A stretch of 51,545 nucleotides of DNA from the NCBI GenBank assembly GCA_032718475.1, contig JAUCBJ010004146.1:1-51545 (forward strand). Direction: 5' to 3'. The translations under genes were made by a program, and so were the position numbers. Source of the stretch: Nemertoderma westbladi (lineage: Eukaryota; Animalia; Xenacoelomorpha). Shown in pieces: positions 23,331-36,378 of this stretch (position 1 is its first letter; each line of letters opens with the position of its first letter). The notes beneath the pieces are model-generated. The model did no database searches. It had not been told where the DNA came from and worked only from the letters and a program-made list of their open reading frames with translations.

Positions 23331-25391
23331 CTGTGGGGCGAGCCACGAAGTGAGTGAGCCTTAGCGTAGTGGTACCATTAATCAACCTGTGGGGCGAGCC
23401 ACGAAGTGAGTGAGCCTTAGCGTAGTGGTACCATTAATCAACCTGTCGTTCTGTCGTTCTGTCGTTCTGTCGTTCTGTCGTTCTGTCGTGTTCAATTTTA
23501 AACGTTAATAACTCGGCCAATCTTTGATGAAATCTATCCAAACTTGGTACACATGTTGTATGGCAAAAGTTTAGAAATTTTCCAAGTAGAATTTCCGTGT
23601 GGCCTTCGAGAAGCTAAGATAATAGCAGTTAATTAGTTAATTAAGTTGATTACGGTAAAAACACCATTTTCAACCTGCCTTTTAAAGGAAATTAATTGTT
23701 TTACAGTATAAGACTTCAATAATTATACTTAAAAAATATACAGATGTAATCCGCATACTCCATTCTATTATAGTTTTTAATTAGTTCAAGTGATTTGCTT
23801 TAATAATCGTGTCTTTAATTGATCTAAAGTAATTAAACCGGCATAAAAAATGTATTCTCATTAAATACTGCTCATTTATTGGTTAACATCCAAGTTGGCT
23901 TGATTCCCAGCAACACTTGAGGTATTCAGTCAGCCTTGCTTGTAAGAGGCAGACTGCTGCTGCTGCTAGTAGCCATCCATTCACTCACTCTCCATTGAAC
24001 TGGCTGATTGGAGGTGTGTGTGTATCGGGTTCAATGACATTAATATTATTACTAAAGTAACGTCGGGATGTTAATATTCACTGGAGCTATGAGTCTCTCT
24101 GGTTAGTTGAATGAATGAAATAAATAATTGTTTTACTGTTCCGAATATCAATGTTTATTTCTGTAGGCCAACTTACTGTATTATTATTTAATCTAAATGT
24201 ACATAATAGTTTAAATAAATTATTTCACAATTTCATTCCAATTCATACTGCTTACGCAACCATGCTAATTAGGTATATTAAATGGCAGGATTGTTTTTAA
24301 TTAAAATTTTTACAGAGCAAACAAGTATATTGTATTTAACTGAAAGTTAATTTATTTCGGTAAGTAGGCCTTGCGGTTTGTTAGTTTAGTTAGTATAATA
24401 AGTATCAAATATATTACGTGCTGCTGTACAGTAAACGCGGCTTTGCGTTATTGAATTACAGAATTGGCGGTACAAAGTACATTAATAGGGATCAGGCATA
24501 TTGCATTTATATAATTGTTGTTGTAAATGTACAATAATATGCGCCACTTTTATTTTAGTAACTGCAATGTGTATTTCATTTGTACCTGCAACCCATTAAA
24601 AAGGGCAGCTGAACATATCGCGGACAGGCTGACTATTCACCATAACAAAAAAACCCAAATCGCCGCAGTTCCACTTACAGTTCCATATTATTCTGTTTTG
24701 CAATTCAACCCAATTTATCTTCTCTGCTACACGCGGTTTTATCCACGAGTTTTGTAAAGTCCCGACTTATCGGGAATGACATGAACTTAGCGTCCGGAAT
24801 ATTCTGATCAGATTAAATCTACTTGGCGCTGTAATACTGCATCCCGTTGTACCAGAAGTTATTAAAACATACCGGCCCCTCAAATGCGTTTGCAGTGGGT
24901 TAGAGAACAACATATACCGCCCCAGTACAACCGCTATTTTGATAAGGTTCAATATATAATATATATATATGGTCTAACATATGATAGTTCACTAATCAGC
25001 TAATAGGCCTATTAATTCGTGAGATTTCAATTTATAAATAAAACTTACTCTGGACGAGCGCAACGATTGAACGACGCTTATAATAATTAAGACGAGTACG
25101 GCGTTGATTATATTCATATACACCACCTGGCTTTGCATATTTAACGTGCGATTGGAAATAAGTTCGTTCTACCCTTCCGTGGGTGGTAGATGTCACGGTT
25201 ATGTATTGGTGGTTGAGAAGGGTGGGGGGGGGGGGGGGGGGATTAAAAGGGGTGAACACGTACTGTCCCCCTTTCTTTGATTGATTGGTGGTGTGGGTAA
25301 ATTTCTCAAAACCTGATTTTGTGATACAGTCGCTTAATTTTAATTTGTATCTCATAACTGGACCTCGTGCTGCGCGAAGGCCCCACGAACG
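23331..25391 (+). mobile_element. Non-autonomous Helentron/DINE-like element, copy A
   Basis: Doubled 56-bp head with gtggggc (23331, 23387), (ctgtcgtt)n microsatellite, ~400-bp 5' block and ~330-bp 3' block shared with copy B, gccccac inverted motif at the 3' end. Confidence 0.6.
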
Positions 25392-26765
25392 TGTCGTTCT
25401 GTCGTTCTGTCGTTCTGTCGTTCTGTCGTTCTGTCGTGTTCAATTTTAAACGTTAATAACTCGGCCAATCTTTGATGAAATCTATCCAAACTTGGTACAC
25501 ATGTTGTTTGGCAAAAGTTTAGAAATTTTCCAAGTAGAATTTCCGTGTGGCCTTCGAGAAGCTAAGATAATAGCAGTTAATTAGTTAATTAAGTTGATTG
25601 CGGTGAAAACGCCATTTTCAACCTGCCTTTTAAAGGAAATTAATTGTTTTACAGTATAAGATTTAAATAATTATACTTAAAAATTATACAGATATAATCC
25701 CCATACGCCATTCTATTATAGTTTTTAATTAGTTTAAGTGATTTGCTTTAATAAATGTGTCTTTAATTGATCTCAACGTAATTAAACCGCACAATTATTG
25801 AGTACAAATTTAATCCTTCCCATCATTGGTCAAGTCTCTGCTGGTGTGGAGCTAGCTGCTGGGAGTTGTGGCTGTAGACTAACCTGAGAGGAATTGTAAT
25901 AGAGGCAACCAGTATTGCTATTCCAGCCCAATCACTGAATTGTGTTTATTATAGGCTGGACGGGCCGCATAACCGTTCGACTATTACTACTATTGCTATC
26001 TCAGTTAAATGACAGATATAATAACATAAATACAATCCATGGCATGGCTGTTGTAGGCTTCTGAAATAGTTTATTCCACAATGTATATGTCTGGTTATTT
26101 TTTAATTGAATTTTTGCAAAGTAGTAAAATTAATGTTCTTAAAAATAATATTATTATTTTATATGTAACCTAGGAAATTAGCTACATTTTTTCGCTGCAG
26201 CTTTAAGAGTGTACATTGATTTAATATTATTTCAATACCCATATTACTACATCGGCATAATATGCGTTGGCGTTGTATCACACATCTCCACATATCACAC
26301 ATCTCCACATAGATGTATCAACAGTTACTCGCACAGTTTCGAAACTTCGCATAGTTATAACTGTATAAAGATCGTCAGTCTGCGTTTAGGAAAAATATTT
26401 TATGACAAAACAGGACAAGCGACGAGCGCAACGAGGCATATAATGAAAACGAGTACTGCGTTTATTATATTCCTATAAACCACCTGGCTTTGCATATTTA
26501 ACGTGCGATTGGAAATAAGTTCGTGCTACCCTTCCGTGGGTGGTAGATGTCGCGGTTATGTATTGGTGGTTGGGAAGGGTGGGGGGGGGGGGGGGGGGGA
26601 TTAAAAGGGGTGAACACGTACTGTCCACCTTTCTTTGATTGATTGGTGGTGTGGGTAAATTTCTCAAAACCTGATTTTGTGATACAGTCGCTGCATTTTA
26701 ATTTGTATATAATAACTAGGCCTCGTGCTGCGCGAAGTCCCCACGAACGTGTTCTCAAGTCCTGT
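25392..26765 (+). mobile_element. Non-autonomous Helentron/DINE-like element, copy B, head-to-tail with copy A
   Basis: 25392-25790 matches 23443-23840; 26420-26753 matches 25055-25393; interiors differ. Confidence 0.6.
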
Positions 26766-27814
26766 ATCCTTTAAGCAGGCGTTTGAGAAATGTCATTGGC
26801 TCATGATGCCAATACGCAACTTCCAGACAGTAAAAATTGTAATTATATTGTTTACAATAAGCCTTCAAGTAAATAACAATTTTGTTTAATTTACATATGT
26901 ATGTAATTTGCACAGTGCTCCTATTACTATACAGTATATATTCTTATCTTAATCGTTGTGTTTATATATCTATGTTCTATGTTTATATCTTAAATAAATA
27001 ATTACAATTCCTATCTGCTGTGGGCTTTGCAGCTATTGGTGGTTGCCCTGTAAACTACTCTAGAAGGAAAACAGGCTGCTATCATAGATCAGCTGATTCT
27101 TTTGTTCTTTCAATTTTCGATTTTCGTTGTTCGTAATGTTACTCATTATACAACCATTCTGCCATTACCATGACTGCATGTTTAGGCCTATGCCTACAGT
27201 GTTGCCTGCTGTTTGTTGCTGTAGCATAGCATGTAGGGGTAGATTACAGTACCGGCTGACCGATACTAATACAACATTGACAAACACAGTGACAACATTT
27301 TTAGTACCGGTAAACTTATCCATTCCAGTATTCAGAGTGGGGTGTTTTCAGCCATTGCCAGATTGGTGTATTGTAGTACTGTAGTATTTGCAGTATCTAC
27401 AGTAGGCATGTCTTTCTGACAATCTGAATATTCTGGTATTGGCTGTTTGGGGATTGGACATGTTGTCTGGCAAATAACTGCTGAACTGTAGGTGGACTGG
27501 TACTTTCACTGGTCACTGTCAGACTGTGCTGCTGTGGTCTGGTGGTAGTGGGTAGAATTGAGGTTGTAGCTTGAAGTTGCCCATCTTCAGATCTAATAAT
27601 TTAGTTAAAGTTCCGAGTTGTTTTAGTTCTGTAGTTAGGTCAGTCTGTCAGTATGTTGTCGGTGGTAGGCCTATGCGAAAGGTGTTGGTGGTTGTCGCTT
27701 GGCGGTGGCTTAGCCTATTACAGTATTAGTCAAACCCGGTATACAGCAGTACAGGTATACTTATACTGTTATACCTGTATACAGGTACAGAGGTACTGTA
27801 TACAGAGGTATACC

Positions 27815-29038
27815 CCAGGTTGCAGAGTATGGCAGTTTTCGACCAGATCTGGTGCGTGCAGCAACGAATCACGCCGCATGCAGGCGTGCAGCAGGCGTTC
27901 ATCAAGCGTGCAGGCGTGCCTGTTCAGTGTTCAGCCTGTTATAAGTAAAAAATCACCCCACGTGCAGGTGTGGCTGGAAAATTCATTAAAGTGATATCCT
28001 TATAAATATAATTGTGTAAAATTTTCTCGGCTCGCTTCGCTCGCCAATGCTCGCCAATTAATCATAACAACTATCTCAAAGCTGCAAAAGCATGCAAAGT
28101 GATATATCAGGCTGTCAGGTGTATACAGGCGAAGGGAGAACTCCAGGAAGCGAAGGACAGTAGGAAAGTCCCCAGTTCGAGCCCAGGTTGGAATATATGT
28201 AGAGTTTGTATGGAGTATGTATAGAGTATGTATGTCTGTCATGTAACAGTAGCAATGCACTGGCAACATATCCACTCTACTTGAAATTATATCAGTGTTT
28301 AAAAAGAGTTAAAAAAATTTCGCTCGCTTCGCTCGCGTTTGTAATTATATATCCTACTCATATCCATTATTTCGATTTCCCTATTAGGCTACTGTATCTG
28401 TTTATTAACCTACATCAGTACATGAGTTCGAGTTGTTTCAATTGTTCAAACCAATATAAAACCACATTCTCATGCTCGCTACGCTCTCAATTTAATCCAT
28501 AATCATATTCGACACACCACAATACAATAGTAGCAAAATTGTCTGCTCAATGACTGGGAGTCTATGGCTGTACAAGGATCGTGAGTTTTTCATCGATTTA
28601 TTCGCCCTCTGCTGATGTGTTTCTGTTTATGCTGTTATGTACAAAATTTTCTTCTCGCTACGCTCGAGGTTTTTTTTACTAGATTGATTCATTTAAGGCC
28701 TAATCAATTTGTCAATCGCCATACTGGCTTAAATAAGAATAACTACGGGCAAAAATTATACAGTAACAATGACTGAATGAGCATACAATACAGGCAAAGG
28801 ATGTCGAGTGAAACGGGCAAAGGCAACTTATAGTTATATTGGGCAGTCGGTCTCTACAGTCAGGCGAGACAGTAGATAGGCGTGCAGTTCAAAATTTTAC
28901 GCGTGCATTTTTTGTTGGCCAATACATTTTTCAGGCGTGCACAACAAATTTTTAAGGCGTGTACTGGTCATTCAGGCGTGCACAACAAATTTTTGAGGCG
29001 TGCACTGGTGCGTGCACTTGCCATACTCTGCGACCTGG
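27815..29038. mobile_element. Non-autonomous TIR DNA transposon with 8-bp TSD (hAT-like)
   Basis: TIRs ccaggttgcagagtatggca / tgccatactctgcgacctgg (one mismatch); TSD ggtatacc at 27807-27814 and 29039-29046; subterminal aggcgtgca repeats; no transposase. Confidence 0.85.
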
Positions 29039-29304
29039 GGTATACCTGTATACACTATACAGGTACCGGTTTCAGGCTGTCAGGTTGGCCTATCAATAGC
29101 ATTAGGCAGGTAGGCCTATCAATCAGGCCAACAATCCACATCACGCTTACTGGCGCTTACTTACACTTACGCCTACCACTTGGCAGCTTGGGCAGTTGGG
29201 GATGCTCTTCCATCTTCAGTAACTAAAAAAGCAAACTGGACGTTGCAGCTCTGGCTGTCTGGCATCTGGGACTTATCAGCTTATTTATCAATTCATTGAA
29301 GCTT

Positions 29305-29830
29305 TAAACACTTTGACTTTAATTTGCCTCAATTTGACTGGAAGGATCGTTCACATCCCGATAATAACACCTATAATAAATAACTTTGATAATTTTATAT
29401 TAGATAATGGACTTGACCAATTACAACTAAAACCAACTCGTCTAAATACAGAAATAATGTGCTTGATCTTGTGTTTACCACTGAAGACCAAGACATGTTT
29501 ATTTCAGACGTCGATACGAGTGTACCTTTTTCCACTAGTGATCACTATAGCGTAGTGTTCAGTATTGTTTCGCCAGATCACTATGTGCAACCTGAAAACC
29601 TGGGCTATTTTAATTTTAAAAAAAGGCGATTATGTTGGTTTTGTTGATTTTATTGAAGGACATGATTGGTCCGAAATTTTCAGTAACTGTGTGTGTAGTT
29701 GTAGACGATTACTGGTCGGCTTTGGCGGGGATTTTGAAATCAGGGATCGATAAATATGTGCCGTATACCACTATCAAAGTTAAAAGTAGGCCGTATCCTG
29801 CCTTTGTCAAGAATTTTCAGAAACAGAAAA
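29305..29830 (+). pseudogene. CR1-like LINE APE endonuclease fragment
   Basis: DFNLPQFDW, LDQLQLKPTR, LDLVFT, SDHYSV, NFKKGDY across frameshifts. Confidence 0.75.
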
Positions 29831-30467
29831 AAGTAGTAGAGTTAGTAAAGTTATCATCGACTAATTACAGCAATACTGCCCATGCCAAATAGTACATTCT
29901 TCTGTCTGTCTGTTCTTGTGTTAACCTCAATAAAAATTTGCGTAATTCCACCGGTACAATGAACTCCGAAATTAATATTATTATTATAGTAAATATGATG
30001 TCATATCTCAATACATCATTGTAACTTTCTAGTTCAGCAATATAAACCAACGTTTTAGGTTATATAAACCTAAACCACCGGACCAGTGTGCAGTGTAGTG
30101 TATGACCTTTTTCTAATTTCAACTTTTTCTTCCTATATTACGGTGCATTGTGGTGAAGGTAGGAAGGTGTCGGACTTTAAGGATAGTTATAATATAATAT
30201 TTACTTTATTTTGTTATGCTTATTTACCGCGAACAGAGATGTATCTTCAATTGAACTGAGTTTAATTTTTTCAAATTCTCTCTTTACAAGCCCTATATTT
30301 TAAATTATTAACACTATGTGATTATAATTTTAAATTTCATTTATAATATTAAGTACCGGTAATAGTTAATAAGTGCTTTCTTTTATTATGTATGTTATCG
30401 AGTAGAGGATATATTATTGAAAGTATAACCTACGATAACTACGAAACATCAACGGGTATGTTTAGAA

Positions 30468-32675
30468 TTGCCGCTCGGAGAAGTAACTAAACCTCAGAAT
30501 AGAACTAAAGCCGTGAGGTCAATAGACGTTGACAAACTAGGCGAATTGTTAAATCCAGACGAGTTCCAATCGGCACTTCATGAAGGAGTCAACTCTGCAT
30601 GCTCATATATTACATCAGCTATAATCAACTCTTCAACCACACCAACCCCACGAAAATAAAACCTTGGTTTGACAGACAATGTCATGCCGCAAGGAAGAAA
30701 CTGACATCGAGTCTACATGCCATGCGAGAAAGACCATCAATTTGTACATATAGAACCTATAGTGATCAGAAACGAGAATACAAACACATGTTAACAAACA
30801 AGAGAAAATTGTACCAGGCGAGGAAGGAACACAAACTGATCGAGGACTGTGAGTCTGACAAAACCTCGTTTTGGAACATATTGAAAGGTCCACAACCGAA
30901 ACCTGTTGCACACCAAGTTCCACAAGAATCGTGGCTTACCCATTTCAGCAAACTGCTGACAGCAACCCGCGCTCCGAACCTGCCAGACCTACCTGAAAAT
31001 CCAAGCAACTATCTCGATGCGCCATTCAGAGCCGAGGAAATTACCGCGGCGGTCTCGAATCAGAAACTAAACAAAGCAGCCGGGCCCGATGGAGTAACCA
31101 ACGAATCTCTGAAGTGGGGTTTCGGCCATCTCCTCCCATATCTACTCGCACTATTCTCGCTGTGCTTCACAACAGCGAGTTGCCCGACTGCGTGGCTCGC
31201 CTCCTATTTACTCCCTCTGTTCAAGGGGAAAGGAGCGAAATCCTCTCCCGACAGCTATAGGGGTATAGCGCTTCTATCATGTTTATTAAAAACATATACC
31301 GCCATACTAAGCTCGAGACTATATAAATGGGCCGAGCTATTCGGTATCTTACCAGAGCAACAATACGGTTTCCGCACAGCCAGATCTACGATTATGGCCG
31401 TTAAATGCCTCTACGACCGAATAAATGAAGCCCTAGCACCATCAGGTGGACATTTATACTGTGTATTCGTGGATTTCTCTAAAGCTTTCGACTCCGTAAA
31501 CAGAGAGATCCTATGCAAGAAGCTGTCCAGTTACGGAGTTAGCAGGAAGTTCATACGTGTGATATGGGCCCTCATTGCCGTTAACTTTGTATGTATCTGC
31601 ATTGGACCGTATATCATGGACCCAATAAGTCAATCGATCGGAGTTGTTCAAGGTGACCGACTCTCACCCCTGTTGTTCAGCCTCCTCGTCCCCCATCTAC
31701 CTGCATTCATTGCTATCGCAGCCTGTTGGGTAATTATGTATGCAGACGATCTCGTTATCGCCGGTGAATCCATAGCCGTTGTACAGGATGGACTAAACAA
31801 ACTATCTGAATATTGCGAGGTCAACGATCTAAAGGTCAACATATCGAAAACCAAAGCTGTTAAATTTCGCAACGGTGGCCGGTTGGCTCGAAGCGATGTT
31901 CTGATATACAACGGTTCCCCCATCGAGTTTCAACCTTCATTCGAATATCTCGGTGTGACGCTATCAACCAAAAACGGACCTAGGTCCCATTACGACCACC
32001 TGTATCGCAAGGGGATTGCCTGTTGTACGCGAATTGCAATAAAGGTAAAACTTAACGTTGTCTCGATTGCCACAGCAAGGAAAATATGGCTAGCGATCGT
32101 CCTACCGTCTGTTTCTTACGGCTGCAACATTTTCGCTACAGAACCAAATATAATCGAACTCGACCACATCCACCGCATACGTGCGTTTTATTGGAAACTC
32201 TGGTTTGGAATCAGTAAATACGCATCGTCGACCGCAATCCTTTCCAGTATTGACCACCCCGACTCCTCAGCTATTAACCCGGTCAATCTAACTGGTTATA
32301 GGCGTCGGGTAGCCGGTCAGCTGGTAGCCAACGGTTACCATCATAAACTATGTGCCACTCGGAACTGTTGGCGGCCAATCGAGGAGTGTCGCTGTTTATT
32401 GTGTGGCCAATCAGCAATCAGCTCGGAGCACTATACAATGTGCCCGGGTATCCCAGCAACCAGTTCGGGCCTCCGTACAGGGATGTTTCTTGCGGTCCTT
32501 ACCCTAAACCAATGACCCCCCCCCCCCCCCCCCCCCACAACCAAATAAAACTTTTTAATAGCACAATATTTTATATATTATTTTATTTATTTTGTAAAAC
32601 TTTTAATAACCATGTTGTTCATTTTACTCCATATGTTTGGAATTAAATACATGCAATTTGCAATAAATAAATAAA
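30468..32675 (+). mobile_element. 5'-truncated LINE (RTEX-like; clade uncertain): RT ORF to 32515 with C-terminal Cys/His motif, 3' UTR and (aaat)n tail
   Basis: KPWFD, AAGPDG, YRGIALL, QYGFR, FVDFSKAFDSV, QGDRLSP, YADD, YLG, CLLCG...EHYTMC; frameshift near 30600-30660; aataaataaataaa at ~32662. Confidence 0.9.
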
Positions 32676-32964
32676 TTAATTTAGGCCTATCCTATAGGCC
32701 TATATGTGTATATGCGAAGAAGATAAGGTAAATTTACGTAAAGATTTTATCTTTACGAGCAGTGGTGCTGTGCGTTTTCGTTTTCGCGTAATTTAAATTG
32801 GCGTATTAAACTATAACCTGCTGTACTGGCCTAACCATACAGGCAGTGTCCTTGAGGTTCCTAACTAATTCTAATTAATACGGTATTATTCATACTTTAT
32901 GAATGAGACAGCAGAGTGATTGTTCCATGTAATATATTGTAATACACAAATTTCGAATTAAACA

Positions 32965-34353
32965 ATGCATTTTGCCCGAGAAGTTTATTATTGTGTCTTT
33001 TTTTCAATATTGATGGGGGAATTTATCGCCCTTTCGATTGCTAAACCTCAACCATTGAAATGCTACAAATACGATAAGAACGGAGGGGAATTGACTACCG
33101 TTAATCAAACTTGCAATACCAGTACTGAGAATTTCTGTTATATAGTGTGGAACAAACAGCCACTGCACCCAACTCCCTTAACTTCTTCAGTTATACGGGG
33201 AAGTTGTTGGCAAGGTGCAGGTAGTGAGGATGAGTGCTCGAAAAATAGGTGCATCAGCGTACCTGATTATTCCACAAAACCGACACTCTACTGTTGTTGT
33301 GACGTTGATTACTGCAATTCAATCGATCAATCGCAATATTCCGGTGTAGATAAGCCTATTGCAGAGGAAGGGCGCGATGGTGGAAGAGACGTCCCGGGAG
33401 ATGAAGATATGGGATCCACCGTTACCGTTGGGAAAAGCAAACCCAATATCCACCACTCATACATCATTGCCTACACGTTGATCCCCTTGTTCGGTCTGAC
33501 CGCGGTCATCGCGATGATCTTCATCCTCTACCGACGGCGGATGTCGTTGTCCACCAGCGAGTATTCCGAGTCGCGGGACCGCATCGTGCCGGACTCGCCC
33601 CACCAGCTGCTCCCGGTCGCCCTCGAAGAGGTCCGCGCGCGCGGCCGATTCGGCGCGGTGTGGCGCGCCAAACTCGCGGTCCCCTGCGCCGGCGGGAAGC
33701 GATACCGAGACGTCGCTGTTAAAGTCTTCCCGATGCAGGATCGACAGTCGTGGGTCTCCGAGAAGGGAATCTACCAGCTCCCCGGGTTCCGGCACGACAA
33801 CGTGCTGCTGTTTATAGCCGCGGAGATCCGCGCTCAGGACCAGCCGCACAACCCAGAGTTCTGGTTGATCACTGATTACCACGGCAACGGGTCGTTGGCC
33901 GACTTTCTGAAGGGGCAGACGATAACCTGGAGTGAGTTGTGTCACATCGCGACTACAATGTGTCGCGGGCTCGCGTACGTCCACCAAGAGATCCCCGGGG
34001 ACCCCGGGAAACCCGCCGTGGCACATCGCGACTTTAAGAGTAAGAACGTGTTACTCAAGGCGGATCTAACAGCGTGCGTGGCCGACTTCGGGTTGGCGTT
34101 GAGTTTCGAGTCGGGGCGCAGCGCGGGCGACACCCACGGCCAGGTGGGCACCCGGAGGTACATGGCCCCCGAGGTCCTCGAGGGCGCCATCAACTTCTCC
34201 CGGGATTCCTTCCTCCGTATCGACATGTACGCGGTCGGGTTGGTCCTGTGGGAGTTGGTCTCGAGGTGTTCGCCTCCCGTCGGCACCGTGTTGGAGTACC
34301 GGCTCCCGTTCGAGGCCGAGTTGGGCTCCTCCCCCACACTGGAGGACATGCAG
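32965..34353 (+). CDS. ACVR2: Activin receptor type II (punt/ACVR2-like), coding exon 1
   Basis: Signal peptide, 10-Cys ectodomain ending CCCDVDYCN, TM helix, no GS box, ARGRFGAVW, VAVK, HRDFKSKN, DFG, GTRRYMAPE; donor CAG|gtacgt after LEDMQ. Confidence 0.93.
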
Positions 34354-34529
34354 GTACGTTACCAGTACAGCTACAGTTTTATTATTCTCTTTAAACATAA
34401 TTTTTAAACTTTTACCTCTTTTATGTTCCAAATATCAATATTTTAATTCATTTTATAACTCTATTGAAATACATAAAAAGTTACCATATAATGGAGTTCT
34501 ATTATACTTATGTAAACTAACAGTCTCTA

Positions 34530-34872
34530 GGGGTGACTACAAAACACCCAAGACCCAAAGAATAAAGACCTCTACAAAACACATGTGTTAACTTTCGTTT
34601 ATTGTTTTGGTTCCCCCAAAACGCCTCTGTAACCTGCTCCTTTACTAACCCGCTTCTTTAAATAACAATGGGACCTAACGCGACTTTACCTCATTGTTTT
34701 GTACAGGTCCCAAGGAGCGTTAGGTCCCATTGCCCTTTAAAGGCGTAGGTTAGTAAAGGAGCAGCTTACAGAGGCGTGTTGGGGGAATCAAAACAATACA
34801 CGATAGTTAACACATGTTACAATAGTATGCAGGTCTTTATTTATAATTGGGTCTTTGTCTTGCAGTCACCCC
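34530..34872. mobile_element. Foldback MITE in the receptor intron
   Basis: ggggtgact...agtcacccc termini; ~150-bp imperfect inverted arms (cgcctctgtaa/ttacagaggcg, caatgggacctaacgc/gcgttaggtcccattg); TSD unclear. Confidence 0.8.
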
Positions 34873-35008
34873 TCTGTCTAGTTCGGTTAGACCTATTATA
34901 ATGCCAATTATTTCACTTCTACAGCTACCAACCGGCACTTATAGAGATCCTCGTAATATAGATTATCGTCCTATTCGATAAACATCCTTTTTACTTTTAA
35001 TTACACAG

Positions 35009-35296
35009 GAACTGGTGGTTCACCGGAAGCGACGCCCTGAGTTCCCGTCTGGATGGCGTGCCGGGGATCCCGCCTTGGTTCAGTTGGCCCAGACCATCGA
35101 GGAGTGTTGGGACCAGGACGCGGAGGCGAGGCTGTCTGCGAGCTGCGCCGAGGGCCGGATGCGGGGGTTGGCCGACGAGTACAACCCGGACTCGGTGAAC
35201 GAGAAGGACTCCTTCATGCACACAGACATCATATCGGTGGGAGTACCGCCCTCCTACATAACTATACCGCCGCCACCGAGGGATATCGACATATAA
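35009..35296 (+). CDS. ACVR2: Activin receptor type II, coding exon 2 (spliced product 558 aa)
   Basis: Acceptor ttacacag|GAA in phase 0; [10 protein letters not shown]...[18 protein letters not shown]; short tail argues for ActRII over BMPR2. Confidence 0.92.
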   Translation, partial: ELVVHRKRRPEFPSGWRAGDPALVQLAQTIEECWDQDAEARLSASCAEGRMRGLADEYNPDSVNEKDSFMHTDIISVGVPPSYITIPPPPRDIDI

Positions 35297-36378
35297 CTCG
35301 GCCTGCATCGCGTTATGTCGTCATATAACACAACCTACATCGCGTTATGTCGATATATAACTCGGCCTACATCGCGTTATTTCGACATATAACTCGGCCT
35401 ATATCGCGTTATTTCGATATATAACTCGGCCTACATCGCGTTATGTCGTTGTATAACTCAGCCTACATCGCGTTATGTAGTCATATAACTCGGCCTACAT
35501 CGCGTTATTTCGATATATAACTCAGCCTACATCGCGTTATGTCGATATATAACTCGGCCTACATCGCGTTATTTCGATATATAACTCGGCCTACATCGCG
35601 TTATTTCGATATATAACTCGGCCTACATCGCGTTATTTCGATATATAACTCGGCCTACATCGCGTTATTTCGATATATAACTCGGCCTACATCGCGTTAT
35701 TTCGATATATAACCCGGCCTACATCGCGTTATTTCGATATATAACTCGGCCTACATCGCGTTATTTCGATATATAACTCGGCCTACATCGCGTTATTTCG
35801 ATATATAACTCAGCCTACATCGCGTTATTTCGACATATAACTCGGCCTACATCGCGTTATTTCGATATATAGCTTGGCCTACATTGCTTTATGTCGTTGT
35901 ATAACTCAGCCTACATCGCGTTATGTCGTTATATAACTCGGCCTACATCGCGTTATTTCGATATATAACTCGGCCTACATCGCGTTATTTCGATATATAA
36001 CTCGGCCTACATCGCGTTATTTCGATATATAACTCGGCCTACATCGCGTTATTTCGATATATAACTCGGCCTACATCGCGTTATTTCGATATATAACTCG
36101 GCCTACATCGCGTTATTTCGATATATAACTCGGCCTACATCGCGTTATTTCGATATATAACCCGGCCTACATCGCGTTATTTCGATATATAACTCGGCCT
36201 ACATCGCGTTATTTCGATATATAACTCGGCCTACATCGCGTTATTTCGATATATAACTCGGCCTACAACGCGTTATTTCGACATATAACTCGGCCTACAT
36301 CGCGTTATTTCGATATATTACTCGGCCTACATCGCGTTATTTCGATATATAACTCAACCCACATCGAGGGATATCGCT
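35285..36378. repeat. 32-bp minisatellite (~34 units; atataactcggcctacatcgcgttatttcgat) at the start of the receptor 3' UTR
   Basis: Direct tandem repetition starting in the last codons of exon 2. Confidence 0.95.

Noticed and set aside
34354-34407. ORF-track end of the receptor (VRYQYSYSFIILFKHNF)
   Set aside because: Read-through into the intron; kinase homology resumes at 35009
33457-35328. Antisense and alternate-frame ORFs over the receptor exons
   Set aside because: Expected shadows of GC-rich coding sequence with no recognisable motifs
35285-36378. 32-bp (and 42-bp) repeats as CRISPR arrays
   Set aside because: Units are contiguous with no unique spacers, there are no cas genes and the context is eukaryotic
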